Source of the DNA: Phoronis australis
Taxonomy: Eukaryota > Animalia > Phoronida
NCBI GenBank assembly: GCA_002633005.1
Contig: NMRA01000087.1
Span: 945,990 to 1,009,989 of the forward strand
Reading direction: 5' to 3'
DNA length: 64,000 nt
The notes beneath the pieces were generated by a model. The model was not told the DNA's origin, searched no databases, and was given only the letters and a program-made list of their open reading frames with translations. Position 1 is the first letter of the stretch. Each line of letters starts with the position of its first letter. Positions 13,093 through 64,000 of this stretch are shown here, one piece after another. The translations under genes and the position numbers were made by a program.

Positions 13093-16000
13093 TCATTTTG
13101 CAACTGGTGCCGCAGCAGCTGATGTTGGAGGAGCAGTCGTTGCTCCCATCCTGGTTGGATCTTGAGACGGGTAGTGTACTGCAGTCGACATAGGTGGTAA
13201 CCCAGGCCGAGCCAGGAAAGGTGGTCGCATCAGGGGTGGCGGCCTCATTGGTAGCATACCTGGAGGGGGTGGTGGAAGTCTCATACCTGTAATGAGGAGT
13301 TACTTGCTGTTAGCTATCACTGTGTGAGACTTGTTAAAGTGGCAATGAACCCACTTCCAAATGTCAAAGAATCTACCTTTGATTAAGACCACTCAGATGA
13401 GGAATGATTTCTGGTATAGGGTAGAACTGACAGTTAGTTCGGTAGGGCTTGAAACTATGCTCAATGTATAAAATTACCCGCCCTGGCAAGACAATTTGTT
13501 GAACTTGACCTCGACCAATAACAAACTGTCAGCTACTCACAAGCTCAAAAATTTGAACAAGGAACAGGTTAAGACCAAATTTATAACATTAAGTGCTCTA
13601 AATCAAGCGTTACTTTTTGACAGAGTTTATAGTCAATTAAAAGATGCTATGTCTCATTAAAACCGTGAATATTTAAATTTGTAGCAAGCGCCACCTTGTG
13701 ACTTCCTGGAGAACTATGTGTACAAGTATAATCAGGAAAAGAAACCATTTGTAAATAAATTGCGGTTTTAAAAAAAACACTACAACTGATACACTTAAAA
13801 GCAAGTGTGAACATACAAAAAACCCTACTAATTCCAAATATTATGCAATCACTATTTGACAGTGAAATAAACAAATAATAAACTATCCCTTGTCTCATTA
13901 GGGTAATGATGAAATACTACCATACTCATTTACATAAAAATAGTCTCGCAAAACCAGACTTTCGCGTGATTGTAATGGTAACTGGTTCTCAGATGATTTC
14001 CGGCACATTGGAGGGCCCAGGGTTGGTTGTAAGTTAGTACTTCATTTGCATATTCACAATTTCATGAGACTATGCATCTTTATGCAGACGCTGACAATGA
14101 CAAACTTGACAAATTATTTAAAGATGGTCATGTGAAAATTTAGAGAAATCAAATGGCAACATTTTCATGAAAACAAGAAGATTCACAAAGAAAGATTTTG
14201 ATATCAACACAATACATTTTGAGCACATGATGCTGCATCTTTTCTGACTGGTCTTGACATTAGGAGTTAAAAATTCTTTTGTTACCCATACAAGTCATTG
14301 GTCATAAAAATATACTTCGTAGTAGTAAATTTTAAATATTTCATCAAAAATCTCTCAGCAATTGCCTAAAATACGGCTAATACTTACCAACAGGAGGCGG
14401 AAGTCTGTGCATGCCCATGGGTGGAGGTCCGCGGGGCATGCCCCTGGGTGGGGGCATTCGCATACCCAGCGGTGGAGGAGGCAGCATAGGTGGGGGCTGA
14501 CTTAAGTTGAAGAAATTTGAGCCAATCTCTTCAGGAGGGGGTGGCAGAGCTGGAATGGCAAAAACAGTCAGTTATCACCCAATCCGTTTTATATTGGCTG
14601 ACAAGATGACAATAACAACACCATGCCAAAATTATCAACTAAGTCGTTAGCAAAAGAAAAACAAAGTCCATACTTCCAATTGTATTTCCCAGTGTGTGGA
14701 TACTGCACAAAAATGAGAACCATAATGCTAACATAGTGTGCCCATATCAATTATCTAATGGGAAGTACTAATCGAAAAGTATCCTCACACATTCCTAGGA
14801 AGTTCACGGCATTTTGAGAAATCAATTTATGCATGAGGCAAATAAACTGAATATCTTCATATTTTGCCGCCATTTTAAGCAGGTCCCTTCAAAAACCACC
14901 CTTGTTTAAAGACAAGAAAACATAGGGGTACATATAGATTTCCACCAAATACAAATATAAATACAAATACAATCCCACAAACTTTGTGTACATCACAAAA
15001 CATTGGTACCTACCTCCAGGCAGTCCTGGAACAGGCTCTAGTGCTTTGTCTTCCTCCCCCTCGCCCTTCTTGGGAGCCACGCTCTGCTGCCCTTGTGGTT
15101 TGCCCCACTTGATGTTTAGCCGGCGTCCCTTGACGATCAGCTTGTTGAATGAGCACTCTGCTGCCGACTCGGCAGCATGCCTCGTCGTGAACTGTACAAA
15201 GGCACACTGCTGTCGCTGGACCATAGTTACAGAGCGAATCTCTCCAAACTGGTAAAAATGATCTCTGCGGAGGAGAGTCAGGTGAAGTGGTATCCATTTG
15301 AAGATATGTAGCCCACTAATTGCATGATGTATACATAGCACAGCTTATTACAAGCTCGGCACAATTAAACAATGAAAGAGCAAAACCAGTGATAAGCATG
15401 TTGCATGTTCAGGTTACTATAACTAGTATGTTAAGTTATACTTTTAAACAGCTAGACAAAATTTTATTAAAGCTACCCACTGAAATGTAACTGTTCTTAT
15501 TATAAGCTGTTACAATCATGGCAAAATATTGAAAGAGTGACTTTGAATTTTTAAACACATTACATTACAACAGTCACTCTGAGTTTGGTGAATAATACGG
15601 TTAAAATTAAAATAACATCAAATTTTTCACATTTAATGCGTCGAAAAGAACTGTGATCTTTGACGCAGATACAAAAAATCCCCAAAACTGCCTGTCGATA
15701 CATTCTCTGACAACACTCACAAGAAAATTTAATTGGGTTCCCAGAAAAACCTGACCCATTGTTATAGTTAGCAAGTGCAAGGACACGCGGCTTTAAGGAT
15801 CTAACATCATGATTCCCTTTTACGTGTAAAATGTGAAAATTTTGATTTAATTTGAATTTTATTCGCCACATTTGACAAACTCAGATTCAGAAAATTTACG
15901 AACTCTATTGATAAATGAACTATAATTTACAAAAGATTAGAACACAAAAGGGACATTCTCAACACAGCTATTCACTTGCAAGATTCTAAGACAGGTATCT

Positions 16001-19000
16001 GAACTTATGCAATGGACACAGTGAATATAGTAGGTGGCTGTGTTAATGGTGCTTACTTCTGTTATTCAGCATTCAACATTTTTATTGACTGCCATTTACT
16101 AGTACTTGTTAGTAAGGTCAGCTACTTCTTACAAAAAGACTGCTAAGAACTGACATCACGTTGGCATGAACTAACCCAACTCAGACACTTGCTTCACTGA
16201 ATGCACCTAGTTTCAACTACAACAATACCGCGTGTTCTTCACTTACTTGATGTCCTGCTCTGTGATCTTGTCACCAAGGTTACCGATGTACAGCGTGGTG
16301 ACCGTCTTGTCCTCAGGTATGTCTAATTTAGGCATGTCCTGGTATCTTCTGAGCAGCTTGTCGGCCACTGGATCGTTTTGTCCGTAGAATCGATCCTTGA
16401 TATTCTGGTCAGCAAGTGGATCATCCGGATCAGTTGGTTTGTCATGTCTGAAACACAGAAAGCAGAAATACTAAATATCTTTCTTCCAATGAAAAGGTTA
16501 TAAAACTTCTAAAATGGCGTTATTCACAGTGAAATTCGTTTTTAGCAAGTCATCAGAATTTTTAAATCGGAAGAATTCCAGTTCAAATAATCAATGTTCC
16601 GACAGACCACCGGCATCTGTAGAACATCTATTCTTGCAGACAAATCCCATTAAAAGTGTAAAAGTGTAAGAGTTCACTTTCAATTGATAGACCCTTTACC
16701 TGTAAGAGTTCACCTTCAATTGATAGACCCTTTACCTGTAAGAGTTCACTTTCAATTGATAGACCCTTTACCTGTAAGAGTTCACCTTCAATTGATAGAC
16801 CCTTTACCTGTAAGAGTTCACTTTCAATTGATAGACCCTTTACCTGTAAGAGTTCACCTTCAATTGATAGACCCTTTACCTGTAAGAGTTCCCTTTCAAT
16901 TGATAGACCCTTTACCTGTAAGAGTTCACCTTCAATTGATAGACCCTTTACCTGTAAGAGTTCACCTTCAATTGACAGACCCTTTACCTGTAAGAGTTCA
17001 CCTTCAATTGATAGACCCCCCTTACCTGTAAGGACATTCCTCTCCTCTCTTACACTCGCCCTTCACCCAGAATGAGCAAATGTGGGGTCGATTCCTCTTG
17101 TAGTACGGCGTAGTCCTCGCTAGCTTCAGCAGCATATCACTGGGTGCTTGTGCCTTGCCCAGCGCACCAACAGGATTCACACCATCTCCTAGAGCCAGCT
17201 AGAGAATGAGATGTAATATTAAATTAAATGCTAAATTTCTTAAATGCTTGATGATTGGCCAACGAAATTTGTATTGTGTATGATACATTTAGAACAACTT
17301 TGCTGCATATGAGACATCAAGGGGTGTAAACAAGACGGCTGCCACACTCATTAAACACAAGCACAACCTATGGGCAGGTAAACCGAGTCCATCACTGTAC
17401 AAACAGAGCTTACCAACCACCACAAAACACAACTTAGAACACACTCAAAAACACAGCTAACTGAAAGTCTAACACAGAGTCTGGGCATGAAGTTTTGAGT
17501 TTGTGAACTGCTTGTTTTTTGGTGCCTCAGCTGGGTATGAGAGCGCGGCACCATGTTTAGCAGTCGAACAGCCAAGTTGTTGAGTTGGTTAATCGGAACA
17601 TAAAAGTTGTGTTTAGAAGTGAGGAACTATGTTTGTGAGAGGAACAGCTGTGTCGTTTTCACCACTGGACAATATTGAAAGTATTACATATAAAATTTAA
17701 TCAATAAAACGAATATTTGACCTCAGCATGAGCAGACCATCATTTCAAATTGTGTCTATGCTACAACCCATGTCCATAAATATGTAACAGAAACTGGTAC
17801 TTAGACACCCAGTTCCACGAACACGAAATACAACAAGCATAGCAATTTTTTTAATCACCCCGTTGTCTCTCTTGATATTACATAATTATGGATCATCTAT
17901 GCATTACCTCCCTCTCCATGTTCTGTTGGTAATACTCTTTGTTCACATCAGATTTGGGCATCTCATCCATGACTTTCAGAGCAGCATCCCTAACTTGAAC
18001 TGGTAACCCTGGAAGAGAGAGACATTGTACTCCTTTAACTAGATCTTAGACATACCGTCACAGAGGACAGACTGTCTACAGAAGTTCAGATGTTTGGAAG
18101 ATAAAGAAAACACTAAAAATTATTGATAAGAAATATCAGACATGACCAAACGAGTATCTATAGCAGTAAGCTAACTTTACAGAAGGATGTACCTTTGCAT
18201 AAGCATCCCATAGTGTAACACAGATGAAACATCTATATGATTGGTTTACGATGAAACAATGAATGGTAATCGAAAAACAGACACGTGTTACGATACTGTA
18301 AGATTCGCCATGCACCGAACTCCTCAGAAATATAAGCAGAAGCAAGCCCTCAGCTCAGTTACTTTACTAACACACTTTATAAGGAGATTCTAACTTTACC
18401 ACGGCTTCCAGAATACGTAGCTATGTCTTTTCATAATCCTACGTATTTATCAAGACAACCTCTTTCACAAAGTGAGGTCCGAAGTGAACTGGCACAATAA
18501 GACTCACCGTATTCTAAATCTAAGAGACATGTCTGGCAGACATTCTTCAGTTTGGAGCATGTTTGACAGACCTCTGTCTTCTTGAACCTCATCCTGGCCC
18601 CAGGACACCAGCGGAACACGGTGAATGGCCGAGCACAGATCTTGCATTCCTTACCATATTTCTCTTTTGTCTGAAAGTAGCCCAGTGCGATACCTTACTG
18701 AAGAATGGACTTCACATTCAGAATTCAGGGAGTGAAACCCTCAGCTTTCATTCATAGAAAACTCATAAATTAACACCATTATTCTTGTAAAAACCAAGGC
18801 TTTCATCGTTAGCAACAGATCAATTCCTGGCTTTTATTGGAGTACTGTTTTCCTTTAGAAACACTGCAGTAAATCTGAAGTTTGAAGTTTGTTTTTAGGC
18901 TTAATGTCAGGAACGCAGCCAACTATAATTTGCAGTGAGTTTCCTAATTTTTGGGTAATAAGTATGAAAACATGATTATGAGGTAAACAACACCCCTGAA

Positions 19001-21411
19001 CACAAAAGTGAGATGAAAGTATGCCCAACATTGCTTTCACTAATTTATATATAACACATATCAGCTACAGATACTGATCATAAACATCAATTTAACTAAT
19101 TATTTCAATGCTTTTATACTTATCTTTCCATATAGCTAAATAATAGCATCACTTCTATAACATTTACAGAACACTTAGCATCACTTAATGTTATTCTAGG
19201 GTATTAATGAGAACAAAACTGAAAGATTCTTACCATCCGAATGTACGGATTGTCCCCCAGACATGTCTGACAAAGAGTTGGAAACTCCTGAAAGCAACAA
19301 CAAATATGGTGATCAATATTTCCCACACAATTCAACTATGTTTAAAAGTACATGCTCCAATAGCATAAAATTTACACATCAAATAGCTAAAATAACATCA
19401 CATACTACCTAACCATGTCAACTGTTTGTAAATGAGACACAGACAGGGCTATAGGTAGAACACATATTGGCGTAAATTTTCCGTTATTATGAACACAAGT
19501 TACCACTGGGAGTTGCGATCAACAAAAATTTTGTCCGACTGCTATTCAACATGAAATGGACCCATATTGCGCAAACTCCATTTGCAATATTTATCAACAA
19601 TTCTGCATTTTCAAAAAGATGTCCGACACCTTATGCTACCATTTTTAATTTACAGATCTATAACAATTTCAGAATGCAAAAACCATAACTGTGCACAAGA
19701 TTTCGGCATAGGACAAATTTGCACATGATAAAGGCTTAACGGATGTGCATAGATTGCTCACTGCATAACGAGAAACTTTATGACTTTGTCAACAAGTTTG
19801 AAAAAATGTGGGTTTGTACCAGGCCTTCATCCAGGATTTCAAAAATAGGGTTGCCAATATTACAGGGCATCCCTGATTCCAACAATACGCAACCCCCACC
19901 CCCACGACCATTCACCACCTATCTCCCCCACAAAGACTTGGGTTTTTTCCAAAAAAAATGCGTAGACCAAGGCTTATGTAATCGGGAGATAGAAAGTTCC
20001 TGTCACCCCAAATTAGCAAAAAGTTTTGCTCTCAGACTCTTGGCAAAGGCACCTTTCACCTTCGGACGGAGGAGGGCCCTGTGGGTGGTAGGCCAAATCA
20101 GCTCACCAAATAAAAGGTTTTTCACCTCGTCAAAAATACATTTTGCTCTTGAAATTATCACCTAAAAAACGGTTACCAGCAGCTAGGCAATTACATCGCC
20201 CTGAATGCCGCAGGCATACAGGGGCGATATAGTACACCTTCATAAAAAGTTAGTCATCTCACAAAACAGCGAATAATATAGAATGACATATGCATATATA
20301 CACATGGAGTTGCGATTAACACATTTAGTCAACAATCCATAAAAAATTGTCGCAGTTCGTTCAAGCTTCCCTCACCAAGTGTCATTTTGAGGAAGTTACA
20401 TGGAATCACGCCTGTTGACAAACAAAAAGCCCAAGGAACACAAATCTTACAAATTCCACCTGATATCTTCCCATGCTATTTTTTGCAAGTGTCATACGTC
20501 AGGTAATGCGCTTTGTTCAGTTTCGCGCTTTGTTCAGTCTCACGCTTGTCCTTGCCTAACTCACGTGACGTCAGTTCAAATACTTTGCGGTTATATTGCA
20601 TGCAGTGAAAAGTTAACGGCGACCAAAAAGTGTAATTCTTTGCCACATTCATCTGTAATTCTCGTAGGTATGCTTCATTGAAGAAATGTATAGAACCAGA
20701 AAGGTTCGCTGAAGAAAGTAAACGCTTTTTAAAGGGATTGTTTTAAGTGTAGAATGTACTTTTTGACAAATTTGTTGTAAATGTCAACGTCAGTCTTGGC
20801 TGTGGTGTCTCTATTTTGTGATGTTCTTTTCTTAACCATCTTAATATAAGGTTGGCGTTGGCCTGGTGCGACCCCTGACAACAGAAGAGCCCAAGAAAGG
20901 TCACACCTACACCACGTGACTGGTCACATGTCCAGACCATGTGACAAGATCGTCTCGGCCTTCTGGAGTACAGCGTCGTCTGAGGACGTTATGACTTACG
21001 TGATTGAGTAGCTCTCGAATTGCTTTTACACTGAGATAGTCCGAACCTGCTTCGGCCATACAACTACAGCAAGCGGATTTCGCCTAAGGCTCATTTAAAA
21101 TAAACGGTACAAAACTAGAAGAGATAGCAATGGGAAGTACTGTAGCCCCTAGCTAGCCAACCGAGGGGCTACATGTTGCTTAACTTAACTAGCGGCTTAC
21201 TTTCTTCAGCGATCAGATATACAATTGCACCAATGGTGGTCTTTCATCTGGCAAGAATTGTGACTTTTTACATCATTATGAATCCAAAATTGGCAAACGG
21301 TAAAATAATAATATGTCAATTGATAACATTAATCGTTTAAAGACTTTCTAAACTCACCGAATCTTCCCAATTTTGACGATTATATGTGTTTGCACTTTTG
21401 GATATCGACAT
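13093..21411 (-). CDS. RBM22: Pre-mRNA-splicing factor RBM22 (Cwc2/Ecm2-like; N-terminal Zn finger, CCCH finger, RRM, Pro-rich tail), complete, 450 aa
   Basis: Nine GT-AG exons with consistent phases totalling 1353 nt: 21358-21411, 19234-19287, 18508-18670, 17908-18008, 17026-17198, 16247-16447, 15014-15264, 14388-14549, 13093-13286. Translation includes [87 protein letters not shown], the [25 protein letters not shown] and C-terminal [11 protein letters not shown], all RBM22 hallmarks. Confidence 0.97.
16665..17032. repeat. 36-bp minisatellite, ~10 copies, overlapping the RBM22 exon 5 donor
   Basis: Unit TTGATAGACCCTTTACCTGTAAGAGTTCACYTTCAA, near-identical copies with C/T alternating at one position in the first copies. 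Confidence 0.97.
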
Positions 21412-21565
21412 CGTACTGTGTGTGCGCACAAAATACCGGTATTACTTGTTAAACATGGGAGACAACTCCACTCTCAACACACGGGGGCGCTGCGATGGAA
21501 CGTGTGAACTCGGATATTTTATGCAGAAGGCATACACATTGGCGGGGGGGTCACCCAATCAAAAT
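21412..21565 (-). promoter_or_regulatory. RBM22 5' UTR and proximal promoter
   Basis: CpG-containing segment directly upstream of the ATG with ATTGG (21538), GGCGGGG (21541), CCAAT (21555) and a CTCF-like ACACACGGGGGCGC (21477). No TATA box seen. Confidence 0.5.
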
Positions 21566-21886
21566 AAATAAACTTTTTGAATTTGTGACTGATTTGTAGA
21601 TAGAGTAAATGAAGTTTCTATTTAATGTTTCATCTTTTTTACTTTTCTTAGTGCCAAGGTCCAAGCATTTGCAGAGTTGAGAGAGGGGCCTGTGAACGTG
21701 GGCACTAATTGAACTGTTTAAAAATAGTCGGATCTGAACACAATGGTCTCATTCAATTTTTACCTCCCTATGCTATAGTTGTTTTTACTCAAGTATATAT
21801 AGGCTGAGAGTTGCTGGTTAATTTGTGGCAATGTTCTCGTAACATTGTCATGTTCCTCACCACGACCATGGACTAGAAAGGCAAGT

Positions 21887-21952
21887 TTATTTGAACGCTC
21901 ATGATGTTATCTAAAAGAATAATTCAATAACTACAGTGTTAAATAGTTTATT
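21887..21952 (-). terminator. Candidate WDFY3 polyadenylation signals
   Basis: AATAAA on the minus strand at 21947-21952 and 21887-21892, about 2.4 kb after the WDFY3 stop and just before the RBM22 promoter. An earlier candidate lies near 22424. Weak evidence in AT-rich DNA. Confidence 0.3.
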
Positions 21953-24341
21953 ATTTTGTTCATTGCATCTTACATTCACTGACAGAATTCCTTTCACAAC
22001 AAAACTTGGTACGACATCATCCACCAAGTTCTACCATTCACGCTTCAAAAACTAGTACACAATAAAATGTGGAGTCATTATACAGTGCTTTGCACAACTT
22101 AAGAACCCTACACATCGGGAACAGAGACCCACAAACAATTTGTACAGACAACATCTCCCCGTAAACTCACGTACGTCAATCAGGCTGCCTAATTAAGAGT
22201 CAGCAAACATGAATGTTCAATACCCACAGCTTCTCACGGTGTTCAGTGAGTTTACCACAAACCCCATTAAATTGAGTTTCATATTTCAAACTGGCATTAT
22301 TCCAATAAAGAACAGAAGTTCAGAAGAAAACAGGCCGGGTACATAGTTGCGTTTACCTAGAGGCAAACCAAGTATGACATATCAATCGATGTCACAGGGA
22401 CCATTTTTGAGTACCCAAAAACACTTTATTGCCAGAATGCAGGCATTCAATTACATATTGCACAAAAATGAAAAATTCAATCAACTAAATTCATTCAAAG
22501 AACTTAGACGGGACTGGAATGAAGCAATTTCAAATATCACAACATAAAAGAAAGCACACAAAACATTTGGCCTCGTAATAAACAAGTGGTATAACAAACA
22601 AATGTTTACCACTGTCAATGATTAAAATTTTAATCGACAAAATATCACTGTCTGCACTTATAATTTCAGAGAATACAGTTAACTGTAGTACACATTGTAC
22701 ATTTCACCTACAAATTCGTGACAGGAGCTAAAATTTGACAACAGACGGGTATATGTTCCAGACTGGGTTCTCTAATTAACAGACAACCGAACAGTTAAAC
22801 TTGCGGACGCAATCAAACAATTTAGTCACTAGCTTTTGACGGTGCATTACTGTGAGACAATTTACCAAACTAGAAATCATGTACACAGCTGCACACACCA
22901 GTCACATGTAACATGTTAAGTAGACTTATAACAAGTCTCCAGTGTATAATAAATAAGTTGACCTTTATATACAATACGTTTGCCATACACATTTCAGGGT
23001 GCCATACATAGTAAGATAATGTAGATCATAAGCGCTGGTACACAAATACACATAAAATTTTATCTGTACACTTTGTACACTTCACAATATTGCACACCCC
23101 AATTTATAAAAGAAATTGCATCTACGCTATATAACAGTCAGTGTGTAATTGCAGGTTGGGCTTGGATGCATACATTTGGGTGACAGGGAATAGTATTTAA
23201 ACACCACTCAAGCATGTCACTAAACATAACTCCAAGCATCAATTCTTTCAATTCATTGTTCCTCAGAATATAATTCAACTATACAAATTCTCAACAAGAT
23301 TACACTAGTTCAGCTGCTCACAGTGACACCTTTTGTTAACATATGACAGTGCTACCATCAACAGTCAAAACATAACAATGCAATTCTTCACTTGGTATAA
23401 ACTTTCCAACTACATAAATTAAACTAGCAGATGTTACTCAGAGTTGAGGACCTACGGCTACACCACAAGAAATTTGGCAAGAACGATTGCCTTGAGCTCA
23501 CACGATTATCAAAACGTGCACTGGTCATTATGCAACTGTATTGAAATGCACATTGTTATGTAATAGATAGAACAGATTAGAATCTAGTTATTTCTCTCAA
23601 TGAAATGCTGCACCCAGTGATAAAATTTAGTACCCTGCATAGGCGCAACCTTATGTTTCAACATATTTATGACATAAAACTAAAAGACTAGTAAGTACCC
23701 TCTTGACTCAATTTAGAGTGCAGTATTGACTAGGCGTCGCTTTCAAATCAGTGTAGAGGGGGTTAAAGTTCAATGTAAACTTAGCACCATGCCTTGAATA
23801 AAAGCCGGGGTGTCATTAGGCAAGCGCAAAAGCTTTCCACATGCCTACTGGTAAGGGCCACCTGGTGGTAAAATAGTCCATGACCTCTCAGCGTGCTAGA
23901 ACAGTCTTGGTTCCTAAGTCAAGTCAGACCCACAAATACGTGTGCAACACCAACAACACCAAAATTTTATGATCTTTAAGCTAATTGTAGAAAAAGCGCA
24001 GTGGCTTTTTTTAATGCGCCAGATCCTGTATATCAGCTGGGGGTCTTAAACTCATTGTCAAATGAGCATGCGCACACTCAATCGAGCCATGACAGTACGA
24101 ACTAAGTTACAATTTGACATGAACATTCATTCTACTAAGTTACAATTACTTCTTAAAATCCACAGTTGGATCCATTCTCTACCACATTCAGCTCCAGTCT
24201 TCTATGAAATACTGGCTCACGGTTAGTTAAGTAGCATTAAGTTGCTATCTGCAGTGTTCTAATAATTTCACCTTAACAAAATACTGGCGGCAATGCACAA
24301 TGGCTCCTTTGGCTCTCTAACATTTGACTAGCTGGACTATA

Positions 24342-63822
<39,481 letters not shown>

Positions 63823-64000
63823 CTGCCAGATAACAATCAACAGTAAATGGTGATAAAACTCCAATGTTTACAGGAAATGATCGTCCCCAGTAAGCAAGTA
63901 AGTTGCATTTCTTCACATCTACACTTCATGCATCCTGTGTAACAGTATATAAATTGGAGAAGCTCCTTTATTTTCACCAGTTAAGAGACATCACTAAAAT

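Noticed and set aside
16665-17032. 36-bp repeats as a CRISPR array, or the 115-aa [15 protein letters not shown] as a protein
   Set aside because: Units are contiguous with no spacers and the context is a eukaryotic intron. The ORF is simply a stop-free frame of a 36-bp unit, antisense to RBM22.
21210-21280. Possible intronic C/D box snoRNA in RBM22 intron 1
   Set aside because: The C box is imperfect (ATGATGT), and I could identify no terminal stem or convincing rRNA-complementary guide.

Overview
AT-rich, intron-rich genomic DNA from an invertebrate bilaterian (lophotrochozoan-like; species cannot be determined), with one 740-nt assembly gap. Three protein-coding genes lie head-to-tail on the minus strand: (1) the last 42 coding exons (~2,430 aa) of WDFY3/ALFY (63822 to 24342), (2) a complete 9-exon RBM22 gene (450 aa, 21411 to 13093), and (3) the first coding exon of a CARHSP1/CSDC2 cold-shock-domain gene (6038 to 5893) that continues off the left edge. 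Non-coding DNA carries non-autonomous transposons: three Helentron/HINE-type elements, two CAG-ended TIR elements with 5-bp and 6-bp target duplications, and a solo LTR nested in a LINE fragment. The most interesting region is the pair of large WDFY3 introns flanking exon 45695-45889. They hold a candidate internal ATG exon and a candidate alternative last exon (together a possible 135-aa nested mini-protein ending in CSTL), a solo LTR with clustered heat-shock elements plus a TATA box pointing antisense, and a HINE carrying eight co-oriented CTCF-like motifs about 145 bp apart. Two tandem duplications copy a 5' splice site, including a 36-bp minisatellite giving nine decoy donors in RBM22. 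All exon boundaries were read by hand, no database searches were run, and protein identifications rest on recalled family motifs.
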